Source of the DNA: Eledone cirrhosa
Lineage: Eukaryota
Assembly: GCA_964016885.1 (NCBI GenBank)
Contig: OZ024743.1
Coordinates: 376,278,001 to 376,342,000, forward strand
DNA length: 64,000 nt
Reading direction: 5' to 3'
Of the stretch, positions 1 through 13,300 are shown in pieces (the stretch's first letter is position 1; the number at the start of each line of letters is the position of its first letter). The notes beneath the pieces are model-generated. The model was not told the DNA's origin and made no database searches. It saw only the letters and a list, made by a program, of their open reading frames with translations. A program made the translations under genes and the position numbers.

Positions 1-555
1 TGGTGATGCTGTTGCGGCTGCTACTGTTGTTTTCATTGTCACTGTTGCTGTTGTTATTACGGCTGCTACTGCTATTATTCCTGACGTCAGACGAATGAAC
101 TGTGTTTTCGTATTTCCCGCACACCTGTTTCGTCGCTGTCGTCGTCGTCGTGGAGAAACCTTGCACGCTTTGCACGAGACTTTTCTTTTCTTTCGTCACT
201 TGCGAAAGAGAAGGGAGGGAGAGAGACACATTTAAAGAAGGGAGGGAGAGAGACAATCTTCTCTCTGCTGTAGTGATGATTGAGGAAGAAGAAGACGGAA
301 TGAGTGGGAGTGACGTATGAAATTTCTTTTTCGTAGCCATGTTGTTTTTTGTTTAAAATGAAATTTTGGGTACAAAACCCCAATAACTGGTTATTTAACC
401 CCGAAGGGCCAAATAACGGACAGAAAGATCCCTCACACGAGGAGGAGGGTGTCTTTATCAACAATTTGGTTCAAGTTTTAAACAATTTACAATTGTTTTA
501 ACGGTTAAAAATTACTATACCTTACAGAGCCGAGTCTCCGTCAACCATGGCATTC
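1..555 (-). mobile_element. Tx1-like non-LTR retrotransposon TxA copy A0; 5' UTR plus ORF1 N-terminus (ATG at 340), cut by window edge
   Basis: Near-identical to the 5' ends of the copies ending at 22384, 35257 and 48105; same terminus GAATGCCATGGTTGACGG abutting (ATT)n. Confidence 0.93.

Positions 556-585
<30 letters not shown>
556..585. repeat. (AAT)10 junction microsatellite; same-polarity tracts also at 6605-6655, 10167-10187, 10347-10373, 16336-16371, 22385-22408, 25157-25183, 29162-29230, 35258-35281, 38043-38069, 42048-42098, 48106-48134
   Basis: Read directly; each tract sits at an element boundary. Confidence 0.97.
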
Positions 586-587
<2 letters not shown>

Positions 588-836
588 TTTATTTATTAAC
601 CACAAGGGTTTACATAAAGTAGACATTAAGGACAGTGCAGGACAATACAGTACGGTACAAATGGCCATTTCTGCGTGTAAAAAACAAAAACAGAGGATGT
701 AACAAAAAAATAACAATGAAAAATTCCCCAATAGGGGGGAGACTTCGGAGGGACATTTGTGGAGAAAGCTCAGTAAAAGGCCACAGTGACCCTGACCACC
801 AAGGCAAGTGCCCTCTCCCAGTTTTCCACCTTTAAT

Positions 837-3800
837 TTACGGATATATACTCAGAGTAGGCCCATTCACTCGGACCATTCTTGCTTCTCTCACCCATCTT
901 TCAACAAAATGCTGGGAAGAGAGCACTTCCTTCTCTACTCTGATTTTCCTTTTCAAATGAAATTTGAAAAAGTCAATCAGGGCATCACCGAAGAGGTAAG
1001 TGCTCGTCTTCAGCCCTTTCAAACGTGTCCACCATACTATCTCTTTCGCCATGGCCACCAGACAGATAACAACTGCCTGCCCTTCCCGGCTAAAGGAGGA
1101 GGGCGGGGCAATCCTCACGATGGACTCATATGATAGCCGGATCCGTCCTACACGCGACAGCAGGTGTTCGACATAAACCCACAAGTCAGCAATTTTCGGG
1201 CACTGGACGAGTGCGTTAAGGACGGTTTCGTCTCCCTGCGCGCATCTCGGACATGCCCGGCAGACGGCACCTCCATGCCTGTAGAGTTTATCCCGAACTG
1301 GCAAGGCTCCTCGGTAGCACTGCCAGTCCAGAGATTTCTGGAAGTTGTCCATAGGCCCTGGCCCGAAAGTTCTTCCGAAGAGATTGGCTAGTTGATTTTC
1401 GTCGACGCCTAGAGTTTCCCCAAGTACGTCGTCGCCCTTCCCCTCCATTAATCCTCTATAGAACGCCGAGGTGGAGTTGCCACCGATCACATTGCCCGAT
1501 TGGTCGAGGGCTGTGAGCGCCTGAAGACATTCCAGTCTCCAGGCGCTCCCTCTCGGTCTTCGCTTGACCCAGGACTGCAGCTCCGTCAAGGAAACGAGCT
1601 GGGGAAATACGTGTCTAGCAAACGGCGACCACACCTGATCACCGTCGAGGAAGAGGTGGAGATGTCGTAGCCTGAGCGCGTGCCTGCGCATCATCAGCCA
1701 CGGCATGCCCAGCCCTCCACGTAGCGGGTGTTGACAACAGATGGACCGCCTGACCATCGGAGCGCGTCCCTTCCACAAAAAGCGAAAGAGCAAACGCTCC
1801 AGCGCAGTCAGGCGAGGCTTAGGACAGGTACGACGGTCAGGCGGTAGCAGATGACAGACGCGATGTACGCGTTAGCCACCTCCGCTCGACCTTTCAGGGA
1901 TAGCTTCCTCTCCGCCCATTTCTGGGTGAGAGAAGCCACCCTGCTTGTCACCTCGTCCCAGTTTTTGTCCGTCTGGAGGTCCGGACCGAACCAGACCCCT
2001 AGCAATTTAACCGGTCCGTCCGTCCAGCGTCCGACGACGCTGTTCGACGGCATGGACCTGCCTCTCCAGGTGCCGAGCTGCAGGCCCACTGACTTTTCCT
2101 GGTTGATCATTGCTCCTGTCACCGCTTCGTATTCTCTTAGTGTAGTGCCGATCGCCTCGATGTGTTTGGCGTTCGACACCACTACGGTGACATCGTCCGC
2201 ATATGCTGACACGGATCTTCCTCATCCTAGTTCGCGCGGGACGCCCCTCAACGTCTCCAGTTTGTGAAGTAATGGCTCGCGAGTCAATACGTACAAGAGG
2301 GACGAGAGGGGACATCCTTGGCGGACCGAGCGCATGATGTTGAACGGTTCCGTAAGGTGACCGTTCACTCTCACCACAGAGCAGATGTCGCTGTGCATGG
2401 CAGCGATCCAGCTTCTGAAGACGGGCCCAAAGCCAGCCGCCCTCAGGACTGCCGCTAGGTAACGATGGTCGATCCTATCGAAAGCTTTCGACTGATCTAA
2501 ATTGATCAAGGACCCACCCGTGCCAGGTTCCCTAGCTACCCTCTCTACGATGTATCGCATGAGGTGGAGGTTGTCGTGGATGGATCTGTCGGCAATGGCG
2601 CATGTCTGCGCCTCTCCCACCAGACCACCAACGACAAGCGCCAACCTATTTGCTAGCACCTTGGCCAAAATCTTGAACTCTGTGTTTAGTAGAGTTATGG
2701 GCCTGAAATTATCTATGTTATCCCCCTTGTTCGGATCCTTTCTCAGCAGTGCCACCGCTCCTCGGCTCACAGAACTGGGAATTCTCCCGTTCTGTTGCCA
2801 GTTGCAGTAGACGTCCGCCAAGAGGCCTCCGAACAAGTCTGGCATCTGTACGTAAAGTTCATAGGGCAGACCATCCAAACCAGGCGATTTACCCCTTGTG
2901 CAGCCAGTCATTGCCTCCCTTACTTCAGCGGCTGTTATCGGCTTTTCGCAACACTCCGCCTCAGTGGCCGAGAGCCGCGGCAGTCCGTCGAGGTAGACAC
3001 TAAAGTCCATCTCTCGACCCGGCCCACCGCTGCCCCCGAACAGCTGAGTGAAGTGTCGCTGAAAAGCTTCACATATTTGCCCGGGATCGAGTAGCATGCG
3101 CCCGTCGTGGTCCACCAAAGACCGGATCGTGGCTTTGTTGCCACGACGCGCCTCCGCCACTCGGGCCCATTGAACGGCTTTCGTCCCCTCGTGTCTGAGA
3201 GCACGCACCCTAGCTCTGACAACACAGCCTTCGTGCTTTGCATTGAAGAATTGGTCAAGGGCCAATTTCGCCGCAAGCACGTCGGTCGCAATGCCTTTGC
3301 TAAGCGCCTCGTCTAATTTTCTAACTAGTTCTCCCTCTACTCCATTTTTCTCTATTGCTAAAGCCTTACTAAACCTAATGGATTCTATTCTAATCGCTCT
3401 TTTCAGAGCAAACCACCACTTGTTGTTGACGATGGCCCCCGTCAACGCCCGCTTAACTAGTTTGCTAATCCGGTCTCTGTAGGCCTTGCGCGCTGGTAAG
3501 GACGCGTTTAGCTTCCAGTAGCCGGGTCCTCGTCTATGAAGCCTATCTAAGTCAAGCACACAGATCACGAATTTCTTTGTGGACAGCCTATGCTAGACCT
3601 ATCTATTTCCCTACAAAATACTCTATCTAGATATGATCTGGATGACCCTACGCGATTAGTCCAAGTCCACATTGGCACATTCGGGAAATCCAATCGGTAC
3701 CTGTCAGACAGTTCAAAACGCCTGAGCAGGTTTGTGAGGCTCTTGCACCCTCCACCCTATCCGCTAATCCCACACAGTCCCAGCGTGCATCTAAGATCCC

Positions 3801-4232
3801 GTTCCAGTCGCCCACTAACACTAAAGAGCGGGACGTTCCAAGAAAGGTCTCCAGACGCCGGAAGAAATCAGGCCGCCCTGCTCCTATCGGGGCATAGACG
3901 GCCACTAGCCTGAAAGCTTGCCCGTCTCCGCTGGTCAAGTCCAGCACCACCAACTTACCCTCTGGGTCCAGGAAGATGGCCTGTATGGCGAGATCCAAAC
4001 CTCTCCGAAAAAGCACAGCAACTCCCCCCCCCCCTGATCCAGGACGGCTGGGTGATGCGTACACATCGTAGCCGCCGAAGGTCGGTGCGAAGGCCCGTGC
4101 TTCGGAGATTCTGGTCTCGCTGATGGCCACTACATCTATGTTTAGTGACCTGAGGTCGTTGAGCAGGTGACCCTGCTTCCATGACGACCCCAAGCCACGC
4201 GCATTTATGCTGCCTATTCTGAGTGAGGTCAT
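837..4232 (-). pseudogene. TxA A1 ORF2 (APE endonuclease-RT-CCHC), disrupted
   Basis: ORF pieces 3648-4232, 2222-3568, 1808-2212 and 837-1793 match the 1139-aa ORF2; deletion near 3575, stop at 2222. Confidence 0.9.
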
Positions 4233-4267
4233 GTTTAAAATAGAGTGGAAAAGATGGGAAAGACCAC

Positions 4268-5992
4268 TTACCGTACTTTTCGTAGAGGAGGGATGGTTTT
4301 TCCATCCCTTTTCACTTGATCGTCTGGTGAAGGGACCGTTGAATCGTCCCTTCGGCTGGTCGTCGGCTCTTCTATGTGTATGTCCGAATATACTCTTCGA
4401 TTGATGGTTCCTCCTAGGTCCCTGAAATCACCAACTGCGTTGGGGAATTTCGTTTTAATGTTTGTGTATTGTTTCTGTGCTATTTTTAGCAGTCTTATGT
4501 TAGTTGGCGTTTTGATTGGTGCTGGTATTATGTAGTCGTGCTGTGAAATGTCTGTGTGTTCAATTATGTAAGTCATTAGTATCTTGTGTGTATTTATTGC
4601 CGTGCATTTGTTTTTCTGAAGGTGGGGTGTGGTTCTGCTATTTTCTTGTCGTTGTTGCTGGGTGTGTGTGTTTTGTTGTTGTTTTTGCGATGTTGGTGCT
4701 TGTGGTGGTGGTGTTGAAGGTGTTGTTGGCGGTGGGGTTGTCGCCGGTGGTGATGGTGGTGCTAGTGTGGGTGGTGATGGCGGTGGTGGTGTTGCTGCTG
4801 TGAGTCTCTTTGCAGTAGCCTTTACCCTTTTTCATTTCTTTCCTCCCTTTTCAAAGGCGACGATGCGCTGCTTCTGCGTTTGTGCCTTCTTACGACCTTT
4901 TGCCATCCCTCTCCCACCTCACACTCCATGTCTGATTCTGTGAGGTCGGGGAGGGGTACCAGCTCCACTCTTTCACTTGTTGTTGTTGGTGATATTTTCA
5001 CTGGAGTCTCTGTTGCAGCTGCATTTGGTATTGCTGTTGTTGTTGTTAATACTTCCACTGCTGCTGCTGTTTTTGATTTCCGTGGCGTGGGTATGGGTGC
5101 CACGGACCTATCGTTCCTGGTTGCCGCTTGTCCTGTTGCTGGTAGCCGTGGAACCGGTTTCGGAAGGAGGGTGGTTTTCTCCTTTCTCAGGGTCTTCTCG
5201 TTGCAGAAGGCCCTGAGGTGAGTCTTCGACCCACAGCGAAAGCATTTCGGGCGTTTGCCCTCAACACTTATGGGCAGTTGAATGCCGTTATCGAAGTCTA
5301 TCACATCTGGGATAGCTTTGATGCACTCCTGGTTGGTTTGGATTAACATCTCAATGGAGGTGCCGACCCAATCTTCTCTTACTTTTTTCTGTACTTGCAG
5401 TACAGTTGTTTTGTCCTCGATTCCGATGAGGACAGACGCGGCCAGCCAAGAAGGGGCCATCCGGGGAGGGGGGGGGGGGGGTGTCAGTTTGACCCTCACA
5501 ATTTTTTGCCCGCAGTAGGAGGGCACCAACACCATTTCCTCGCTCCTTAGGGTCACTAAGGATTGATCCTTTGCCTCCTGGGGTGTGGCAAAAAGTACGT
5601 CTACGGTGGCATATTCTTGCCTCGGGTGATGTGCGTTTTCCGCTGCCACACACACCCCAAGGCTTTTTGTATTTGAGCCTCTGTGGCTCTTTCAACCCTA
5701 CGGGATTTTGTACTTACTGTACGGTACGTGACCGTACAGTGCTGTTGGGTTTCGAAAAACTTTTCCGGTGCCTTGCAGATTTCTTGGTGTCCAGTTTTTG
5801 TCACCATCTTCTTCGCTTCCTCTAATTCCTCATTTGTTATGAGGATGGTTTCCAGGTTCTTTGTGATACCTGCAAACGAGATTGGTTTTTCTTTGCTGCT
5901 GCTGTTGTTGTTGTTGTTGTCGTCAGAGCTGCTGTTACTTTTGTTGTTGCTGCAGGTACTACGACTACTGCCGGCGCCGCTGTTGCTGTGGT

Positions 5993-6026
<34 letters not shown>

Positions 6027-6389
6027 AATGCTGTTGTTGTTTATGCTGCTGCTGATGCTGTTGCGGCTGCTACTGTTGTTTTCCTTGTCACTATTGCTGT
6101 TGTTATTACGGCTGCTACTGCTATTATTCCTGACGTCAGACGAATGAAATGGGCTTTCGTATTTCCCGCACACCTGTTTCGTCGTTGTCGTCGTCGTCGT
6201 GGAGAAATCTTGCTCGCTTTGCACGAGATTTTTCTTTTCTGTCGTCGCTTGCGAAAGAGAAGGGATGGAGAGAGACACATTTAAAGAATGGAGGGAGAGA
6301 GACAATCTTCTCTCTGCTGTAGTGACGATTGAGGAAGAAGTAGACGGAATGAGTGGGAGTGACCTATGAAAATTCTTTTTCGTAGCCAT
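4268..6389 (-). pseudogene. TxA A1 ORF1 (zinc-knuckle protein), frameshifted
   Basis: Pieces 5601-6389, 4822-5655 and 4268-4576 match the 697-aa ORF1, including CFRCGSKTHLRAFC. Confidence 0.88.
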
Positions 6390-6604
6390 GTTGTTTTTTT
6401 GTTTAAAATAAATATTGGGCACAAAACCCCAATAAGCAGTTATTTAACCCCGAAGGGCCAAATAACGGACAGAAAGACCCCTCTCACGAGGAGGAGGGTG
6501 TTTTTGTCTGCAAGTTGGTTAAAGTTTTAAACAATTTACAATTGTTATAGCGGTCAAAATTTACAATACCTTACAGAGCCGAGCCTCCGTCAACCACAGC
6601 ATTC

Positions 6605-6655
<51 letters not shown>

Positions 6656-6657
<2 letters not shown>

Positions 6658-9600
6658 TTTCATTTATTAGCCACAAGGGCCGACATGTAGGGGACAATAC
6701 AAAGACAGGGACAGTGGGGGTTTACAATAAGGTCGAGTAAAAGTGCACAATGGCAAGACTAATTTAACAATGAAAATATAAAAATATAAAATAAACTATG
6801 CATAAATATAACAAAATAAATTCCCCGATAGGGGGTGGATTAACCTGGGGTGATTCGGGTACCCCACCAATCCTGAACCACCCTGCGCTTCTAGGGCACC
6901 CAGGAGAGCACCCCTATCCTCAAGTTAGCCAGCCTATAGGCGCAATGTCAGAGTAGGCCCATTCACACGAGCCATTCTCGCCACATTCACCCACCTTTTA
7001 GCAAATGTACTGGGGGGGGGGCAGCACTTCTCTCTCCACCCTCACCCTCCTTTCCTGGTGAAACTTGAAGAAGTTGAGGAGAGGATTGGCCGAAGAGAAA
7101 AGTGTCTGTCTTTAGTCCTTTCAACCTGGTCCACCATATAATCTCTTTCGCAACTGCCACCAGACAGAGGAGAATTTCCTGCTCTTCCTGACCTAAGGAA
7201 GGTGGCGGCTCGATCTTCACTATGGACTCGGCCGATAGCCGGATTCGTTCCACACGCGACAGTAGCTGTTCGACATAACTCCACAAGTCAGTAATGCACG
7301 GACATTGGACAAGTGCGTGCAGAAAGATTTCGTTGTTCTGTGCGCATCTTGGGCAGGTCCGTCTGACAGCACTTCCGTGCCTGTAGAGTTTATCCCGAAC
7401 CGGCAGTGCCCCCGGTAGCACTGCCAAGCGAGGGATTTCTGTAAATTGTCTATCGTCCCCGGCTCAAAAGTCCTCTGGTACAGACTGGTCAGTTCGACTT
7501 CGTCGAGGCCCAAAGCTTCTCCGAGTGCGTCATCGCACTTGCCCACCACTAATCCTCTATAGAACTCGAGAGTGGAAGTTCCACTGATCGCATTGCCCGC
7601 TTGGTAGAGGGCAGTGAGTGCCTGGCAACATTCCAGGTGCCAGTCACCCAGTCTCGGTCTCTTCTTGACCCAGGACTGCAGCTCAGTCAAAGAAATGAGC
7701 TGCGGAAAGGCCCGTCTGATAAACGGCGACCACACCTGTTCACCATTGAGACAGAATATCTGGAGATGTCGCAGCCTCAACGCATGTCTGCGCATCATTA
7801 GCCACGGCATGCCCATCCCTCCGCGTAGAGGGTGCTGGCAGCAGATGGACCGCGCTCACCAACGGAACTTGTCCCCTCCACAAGAATTTGAAGAGGAGCC
7901 GTTCCAACTTGATGAGGCGCAGACGGGGGCAAGGCACGACGGTTAGGCGGTAGTAGATGACGGACGCAATGTACGCATTCGCCACCTCCGCGCGACCTTT
8001 CAGTGATAGCTTCCTCCCAGCCCATTTTTGGGTGAGACTGGCTACTCTGCTCGTTACCTAGTCCCAGTTCTTTTCCACCTGGAGGTCTGGTCCGAACCAA
8101 ACCCCGAGCAACTTTACCGGTCCGTCCGTCCAGCTCCCCACGACGCTGTTGGACGGCATGGGCTTGCCTCTCCAGGTTCCGAGCTGCAAGCCCACCGACT
8201 TTTCCGGGTTAAGTTTGGCTCCTGTCAACCTTTCATATTCCTTCAATAAGGTGACGACCACCTCGATTTCTGAGGTGTTCGACACCATCACAGTGATGTC
8301 GTCCGCATAAGCCGACACCGCCTTTCCACGTCCCGGTTCGAGCGGGATGCCCTGCAACAGCTCCAGCTTCCGCAGTAAAGGCTTGAGAGTCAATACGTAC
8401 AGAAGGGAAGAGAGAGGGCACCCTTGACGGACCGATCAGGAGAGCCGAAATGGTTCCGAGAGGTGGCCATTAACCTTGACCACCGTGTGCCGCTGTGCAT
8501 TGCAACGATCCAGCTTCTAAAGACAGGGCCGAAGCCAGCTGCTTTGAGGACAAACTCCAGATACCGATAGTCGACCCTATCGAATGCTTTCGATTGATCT
8601 AAATTGATCAGTGCCCCACCGAAGCCAGGTTTACACCCTACCCTCTCAATGATGTATCGCATGAGGTGGAGATTGTCGTGTATGGACCTGGCTGGGATTG
8701 CGCAAGTTTGCGCCTCCCCAACCAAATCCTCGACGACAAACGCCAATCTCTTTGCTAACACCTTGGCCAAAATCTTAGACTCTGTGTTGAGCAGAGTTAT
8801 GGGCCTGAAGTTGTCTAATGTATCCCTCTTGTTCTCGTCTTTCCTTATCAACGTCACCACTCCCCTGCTGACAGAACTGGGAATACTCCCATTCTGCTGC
8901 CAGTTGCAGTAGAGTGCTTCGAGGAGTTTGGAGAACAAGTCTGGCATATTTACGTAAAGCTGGTAGGGCAGGCCATCCAAACCGGGTGACTTGCGCCTCA
9001 TGCAGCCGACAAGGGCGTCCTGAATTTCGGCTGAAGTAATCGGCCTTTCGCAGCGCTCAGCGTCGACCGTCGAGATGCGCGGCAAGCTGTCAAGGTAGGG
9101 ATTGAAATCCGGTACTCTCTCTGACTCGCCACTCTCCCTGAACAACCGAGCAAAGTGCTGGCGAAAGGCCTCACACATCCGTTTGGAATCGCTTATCTGG
9201 TGACCGTCTCGGTCCGCCAAAGACCGAATTGTGGTTTTATTACCACGCTGCGCCTCCGCCACGCGGGCCCATCGAACAGCTTTAGTTCCCTCGTTTCTCA
9301 GCGCACGCGCCTTAGCTCTGACAATGCAACCTTCGTGCTTGGCATTGAAGAAATGGTCTAATGCCATTCTCGCCGCTAGCACGTCAGTTGCGATGCCACT
9401 ACAAATAGCCTCGTCTAACTTATCTACCAGCTCCCCCTCCTTTCTATTTTTCTCTAACGCTAGTTCTTTGCTGAACTCTATCGAAGTTACTCTAATCTCT
9501 CTTTTGAGCCCCCCACCATCTGTTGTTGATGATCCCCCCTGTCAACTTTTGTTTAACTAAATTGTTGACTCGGTCCCTGTAAGCCTTACGTGCCGGAAAT

Positions 9601-10166
9601 GACATGTTCAGCTTCCAGTAACCCGGTCTTAACCTACGCGTTTTATTTAGGTCGACCGTACAGATCACAAATTTGTGATCTGAATAGGCGACCGTTTTAA
9701 AAAGTAGACAGCCCACACTATTTCTATCTATTTTCCTAATGAAGATCCTGTCTATATACGATCTAGATGACCCCATTCGGTTGGTCCATGTCCATACTGG
9801 CACATTGGGGAAATCTAGTCGATACCTGTCAGACAGTTGGAACTGGCTGAGTAGGTGCTTGAGGCTTTTGCACCCCCCGCTCCTATCGGCTACTCCCACA
9901 CAATCTCAGCGTGCGTCCAAGATGCCATTCCAGTCCCCCGCTAACAGTAAAGGGCGAGACGTATCCAGAAAGGTCTCCAGGCGCCTAAAGAAGTCAGGTC
10001 GTCCGGCCTCTGTAGAGGCGTAGACGGCAAGCAGTCTAAAGGCACCACCTTCGCTACTGCTCACATCCAAGACCACCAAGTTATCGTCCCGGTCCTGGAA
10101 GATCGACCTTACCTCGAGATCCAGTCCTTTGCTAAACAGCACTGACCCCCCCCCATTCCCGGCCTG
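6656..10166 (-). mobile_element. Tx1-like subfamily TxB copy B1, 5'-truncated inside the APE domain, degenerate ORF2
   Basis: Fragments with GDWN, YSDH, KSPGLDG, DQSKAFD, YADD and CPRC motifs; own 3' UTR ending CCCTTGTGGCTAATAAATGAAATC-(ATT)n. Confidence 0.9.
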
Positions 10167-10187
10167 AATAATAATAATAATAATAAT

Positions 10188-10346
10188 TGGCCCCTTCACG
10201 CTTTTTGGAACGCTTCAAAAGGCATGCTTGCTGGGGACAGCAAGAACCCTCCGATACGTCCTGAATATCTGAGGCTGCAGGTAGTGGCTTGATATTCATT
10301 TCAACAAACTTTCCAGTTAACTAACATCAATGACTGAGACTCAAAG
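10188..10346 (+). mobile_element. 3'-terminal stub of R4/Dong-like family DongB
   Basis: Matches the last ~150 bp of the DongB copies ending at 29161 and 42047; (AAT)n on both sides. Confidence 0.88.
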
Positions 10347-10373
10347 AATAATAATAATAATAATAATAATAAT

Positions 10374-13300
10374 GATTTCTTTATTGACCACAAGGGCTGA
10401 CATCAAGAAAAACATCACAGACGGAACAGGACGGTACGATGTGGGTTTTGTGCGTGTAAATATTTTTATTATTTATATAAGAAAAGAAAAAAAAGGACGT
10501 AAAACATATATATATATATAAACAATGAAATGAAAATTGAAACAATGAAAAATTCCCCAATAGGGGGGAAACCTCCGAGGGTTACTCGTGGCGAAAACCA
10601 CACAAAAGACCACGGCCACCCTGACTACCAGGGCAAGCGCCCTCTCTCAATTTTTCCATCTCTCAAACTACAGACGTATATTCAGAGTGGTCCCGTTCAC
10701 TCGGACCATTCTCGCTACATTCACCCACCTTTCAACAAACTTGCTAGAAAGCAGCACTTGCCTCTCCAACCTGATTTTCCTCTTCAAGTGAAACTTGAAA
10801 AAGTTAATTAGGGATTCGCCGAAGAGGAAAGTATTTGTCTTTAACCCTTTTAACATTGTACACCACACAATCTCTTTTGCCATGGCCACCAGGCAGATGA
10901 AAACCGCCTGCCCTTCCTCCTCGAAGGAAGACGGCGAGACCATCTGCACAATGGACTCAGTCGACAACCGGATCAGTCCCACACGTGACAGCAACTGTTC
11001 GACATAGCTCCACAAGTCAGCAATGCTCGGGCACTGAACGAGTGCGTGCACAACGGTTTCGTCGCTATGCACGCATCTCGGACAGGCTCGGCTGACGGCA
11101 CTTCCGTGCCTGTAGAGCTTATCTCGAACCGGCAGCGCTCCCCGGTAGCACTGCCAGGCCAGGGATTTTGGGAAGTTATCCATAGGCCCCGGGCTGAAAG
11201 TTCTCCGGAAGAGAGCAAACAGCTGATCTTCTTCGACGCCCAGTATCTCTTCGAGAATGTCGTCGCTCTTCCCCTCCACTAGTCCTCTATAGAACGCCGA
11301 GGTGGATGTTCCACCGATACTGGTGCCCAACTGGGAGAGGGCAGTGAGCGCCTGGAGACATTCCAGTTTCCAAGCGCTATCCCTCGGACTTTTTCTGACC
11401 CAGGACTGCAGCTCCGTCAAGGAGACGAGCTGTGGGAAAATGTGCCTGGCGAACGGCGACCACACCCGTTCACCATCAAGGAAGCACCAGAGATGTCGCA
11501 GCCTCAGCGCATGTTTGCGCATCATCAGCCATGGCATGCCCAGTCCTCCACGCAACGGGTGTTGACAGCAGATGGATCGTCTGACCATGGGAGCGCGTCC
11601 CTTCCACAAAAAGCGGAAGAGGAGGCGCTCCATTTTGGTGAGAGTTGGGCTGGAGCAAGGGACGACGGTCAGGCGGTAGCAGATGACGGATGCGATGTAC
11701 GCATTCGCCACTTCCGCCCGGCCTTTCAGGGACAGCTTCCTCTCAGCCCATTTCTGGGTGAGGGAGGCCACCCTGCTCGTCACCTCGTTCCAGTTTTTCT
11801 CCATCTGGAGGTCCGGTCCGAACCAAACCCCGAGCAATTTAACCGGTCCGTCCGTCCAACGTCCCACGACGCTGTCGGACGGCATGGACTTGACTCTCCA
11901 GGTGCCGAGCTGCAAGCCCACCGACCTTTCCTGGTTTATCTTTGCTCCTGTCACCGCTTCGCATTCCTTGAGAGCGGTGCCGAGCATCTGGACGTGTCTG
12001 GTGTTCAACACCACCACGGTGACGTCGTCAGCGTAAGCCGACTCGGATTTCCCACATCCTAGTTCGCGTAGGACGCCCCTCATCGCCCCCAGTTTGTGCA
12101 GTAACGGCTCGAGAGCCAATACGTACAAGAGGGACGAGAGGGGACAACCCTGGCGGACTGAGCGCATGATGCTGAACGGCTGCGACAGGTGACCGTTCAC
12201 CCTCACAACTGAGCAGATGTCGCTGTACATTGCTGCGATCCAACGCCTGAAAACGGGCCCGAAACCGGCTGCCTCGAGGACGGCCGCCAGGTACCGATGG
12301 TCGACCCTATCGAATGATTTGGATTGATCCAAGTTGATCAGGGCCCCACCCTTGCCAGGTTCCTTAACCACCCTCTCTATGATGTATCGCATGAGGTGGA
12401 GGTTGTCGTATATGGATCTGTCCGGTATAGCGCATGTCTGCGCCTCTCCCACCAGACCCTTGACGACAAGCGCCAACCTCGTTGCTAACACCTTGGCCAA
12501 AATCTTGAACTCTGCGTTTAGCAGGGTTATGGGCTGAAATTATCGATAACATCCCCCTTGTTCGGGTCTTTTCTCAGCAGCGCCACTGCTCCCCGGCTCA
12601 CAAAACTGGGAATGCTCCCGTTATGCTGCCAGTTGCAGTAGACGTCTGCCAAGAGGTCACCGAACAAGTCTGGCATAAATGCATAAAGCTCGTAGGGCAG
12701 ACCATCACTTCCCGTATTTCACCGGCTGTTATTGGCTTTTCGCAACACTGTGCTGCGGTTGTCGAGAGCCGAGGCAGTCCGTCGAGGTATGCACTGAAGT
12801 CCATGCCCCGATCCGGGCCGCCGCCGCTCCCGAACAGTTCAGTAAAGTGCTGCTGAAAAGCTTCACACATCCGCTCGGTTTCGAGCATCACGCACCCGTT
12901 TTGGTCAGACAAAGGCCGAATTGTGGCTTTGTTACCACGTCGCGCCTCTGCCACCCGGGCGCATGGGACGATTTTGTCCCCTCGTGTTTCAGAGCACGCG
13001 CTTTAGCTCTGACAACGCAGCCTTCGTGTTTTGCGTTGAAGAATTGGTCGAGTGCCAATCTCGCCGCAAGCACGTCTGTTGCAATGCCTGTCCTAAACGC
13101 CTCTTCTAGCTTTCTGACTAGCTCTCCCTCTACTCTATTTTCCTCTATCACTACTCCTTTGCTAAACCTAATCGACTCTACTTTAATTGCCCTTTTCAGG
13201 GCGAACCACCACTTGTAGTTGACGAACGCTCCCGTCAACGCCCGCTTAACTAATACGCTAATCCGGTCTCTGTAGGCCTTGCGCGCCGGGAAAGACGCGT

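Larger units (their letters stand above)
586..6604 (-). mobile_element. TxA copy A1, full length (~6.0 kb), degenerate
   Basis: Colinear with intact copy A2 from the 3' AATAAA-(ATT)n end to the 5' terminus; both ORFs fragmented. Confidence 0.93.

Noticed and set aside
5461-5481. G/C homopolymer runs in degenerate copies (also ~4024-4034, 7012-7021, 14567-14580) as programmed frameshift sites
   Set aside because: Absent from the intact TxA copies; better explained by slippage or sequencing error
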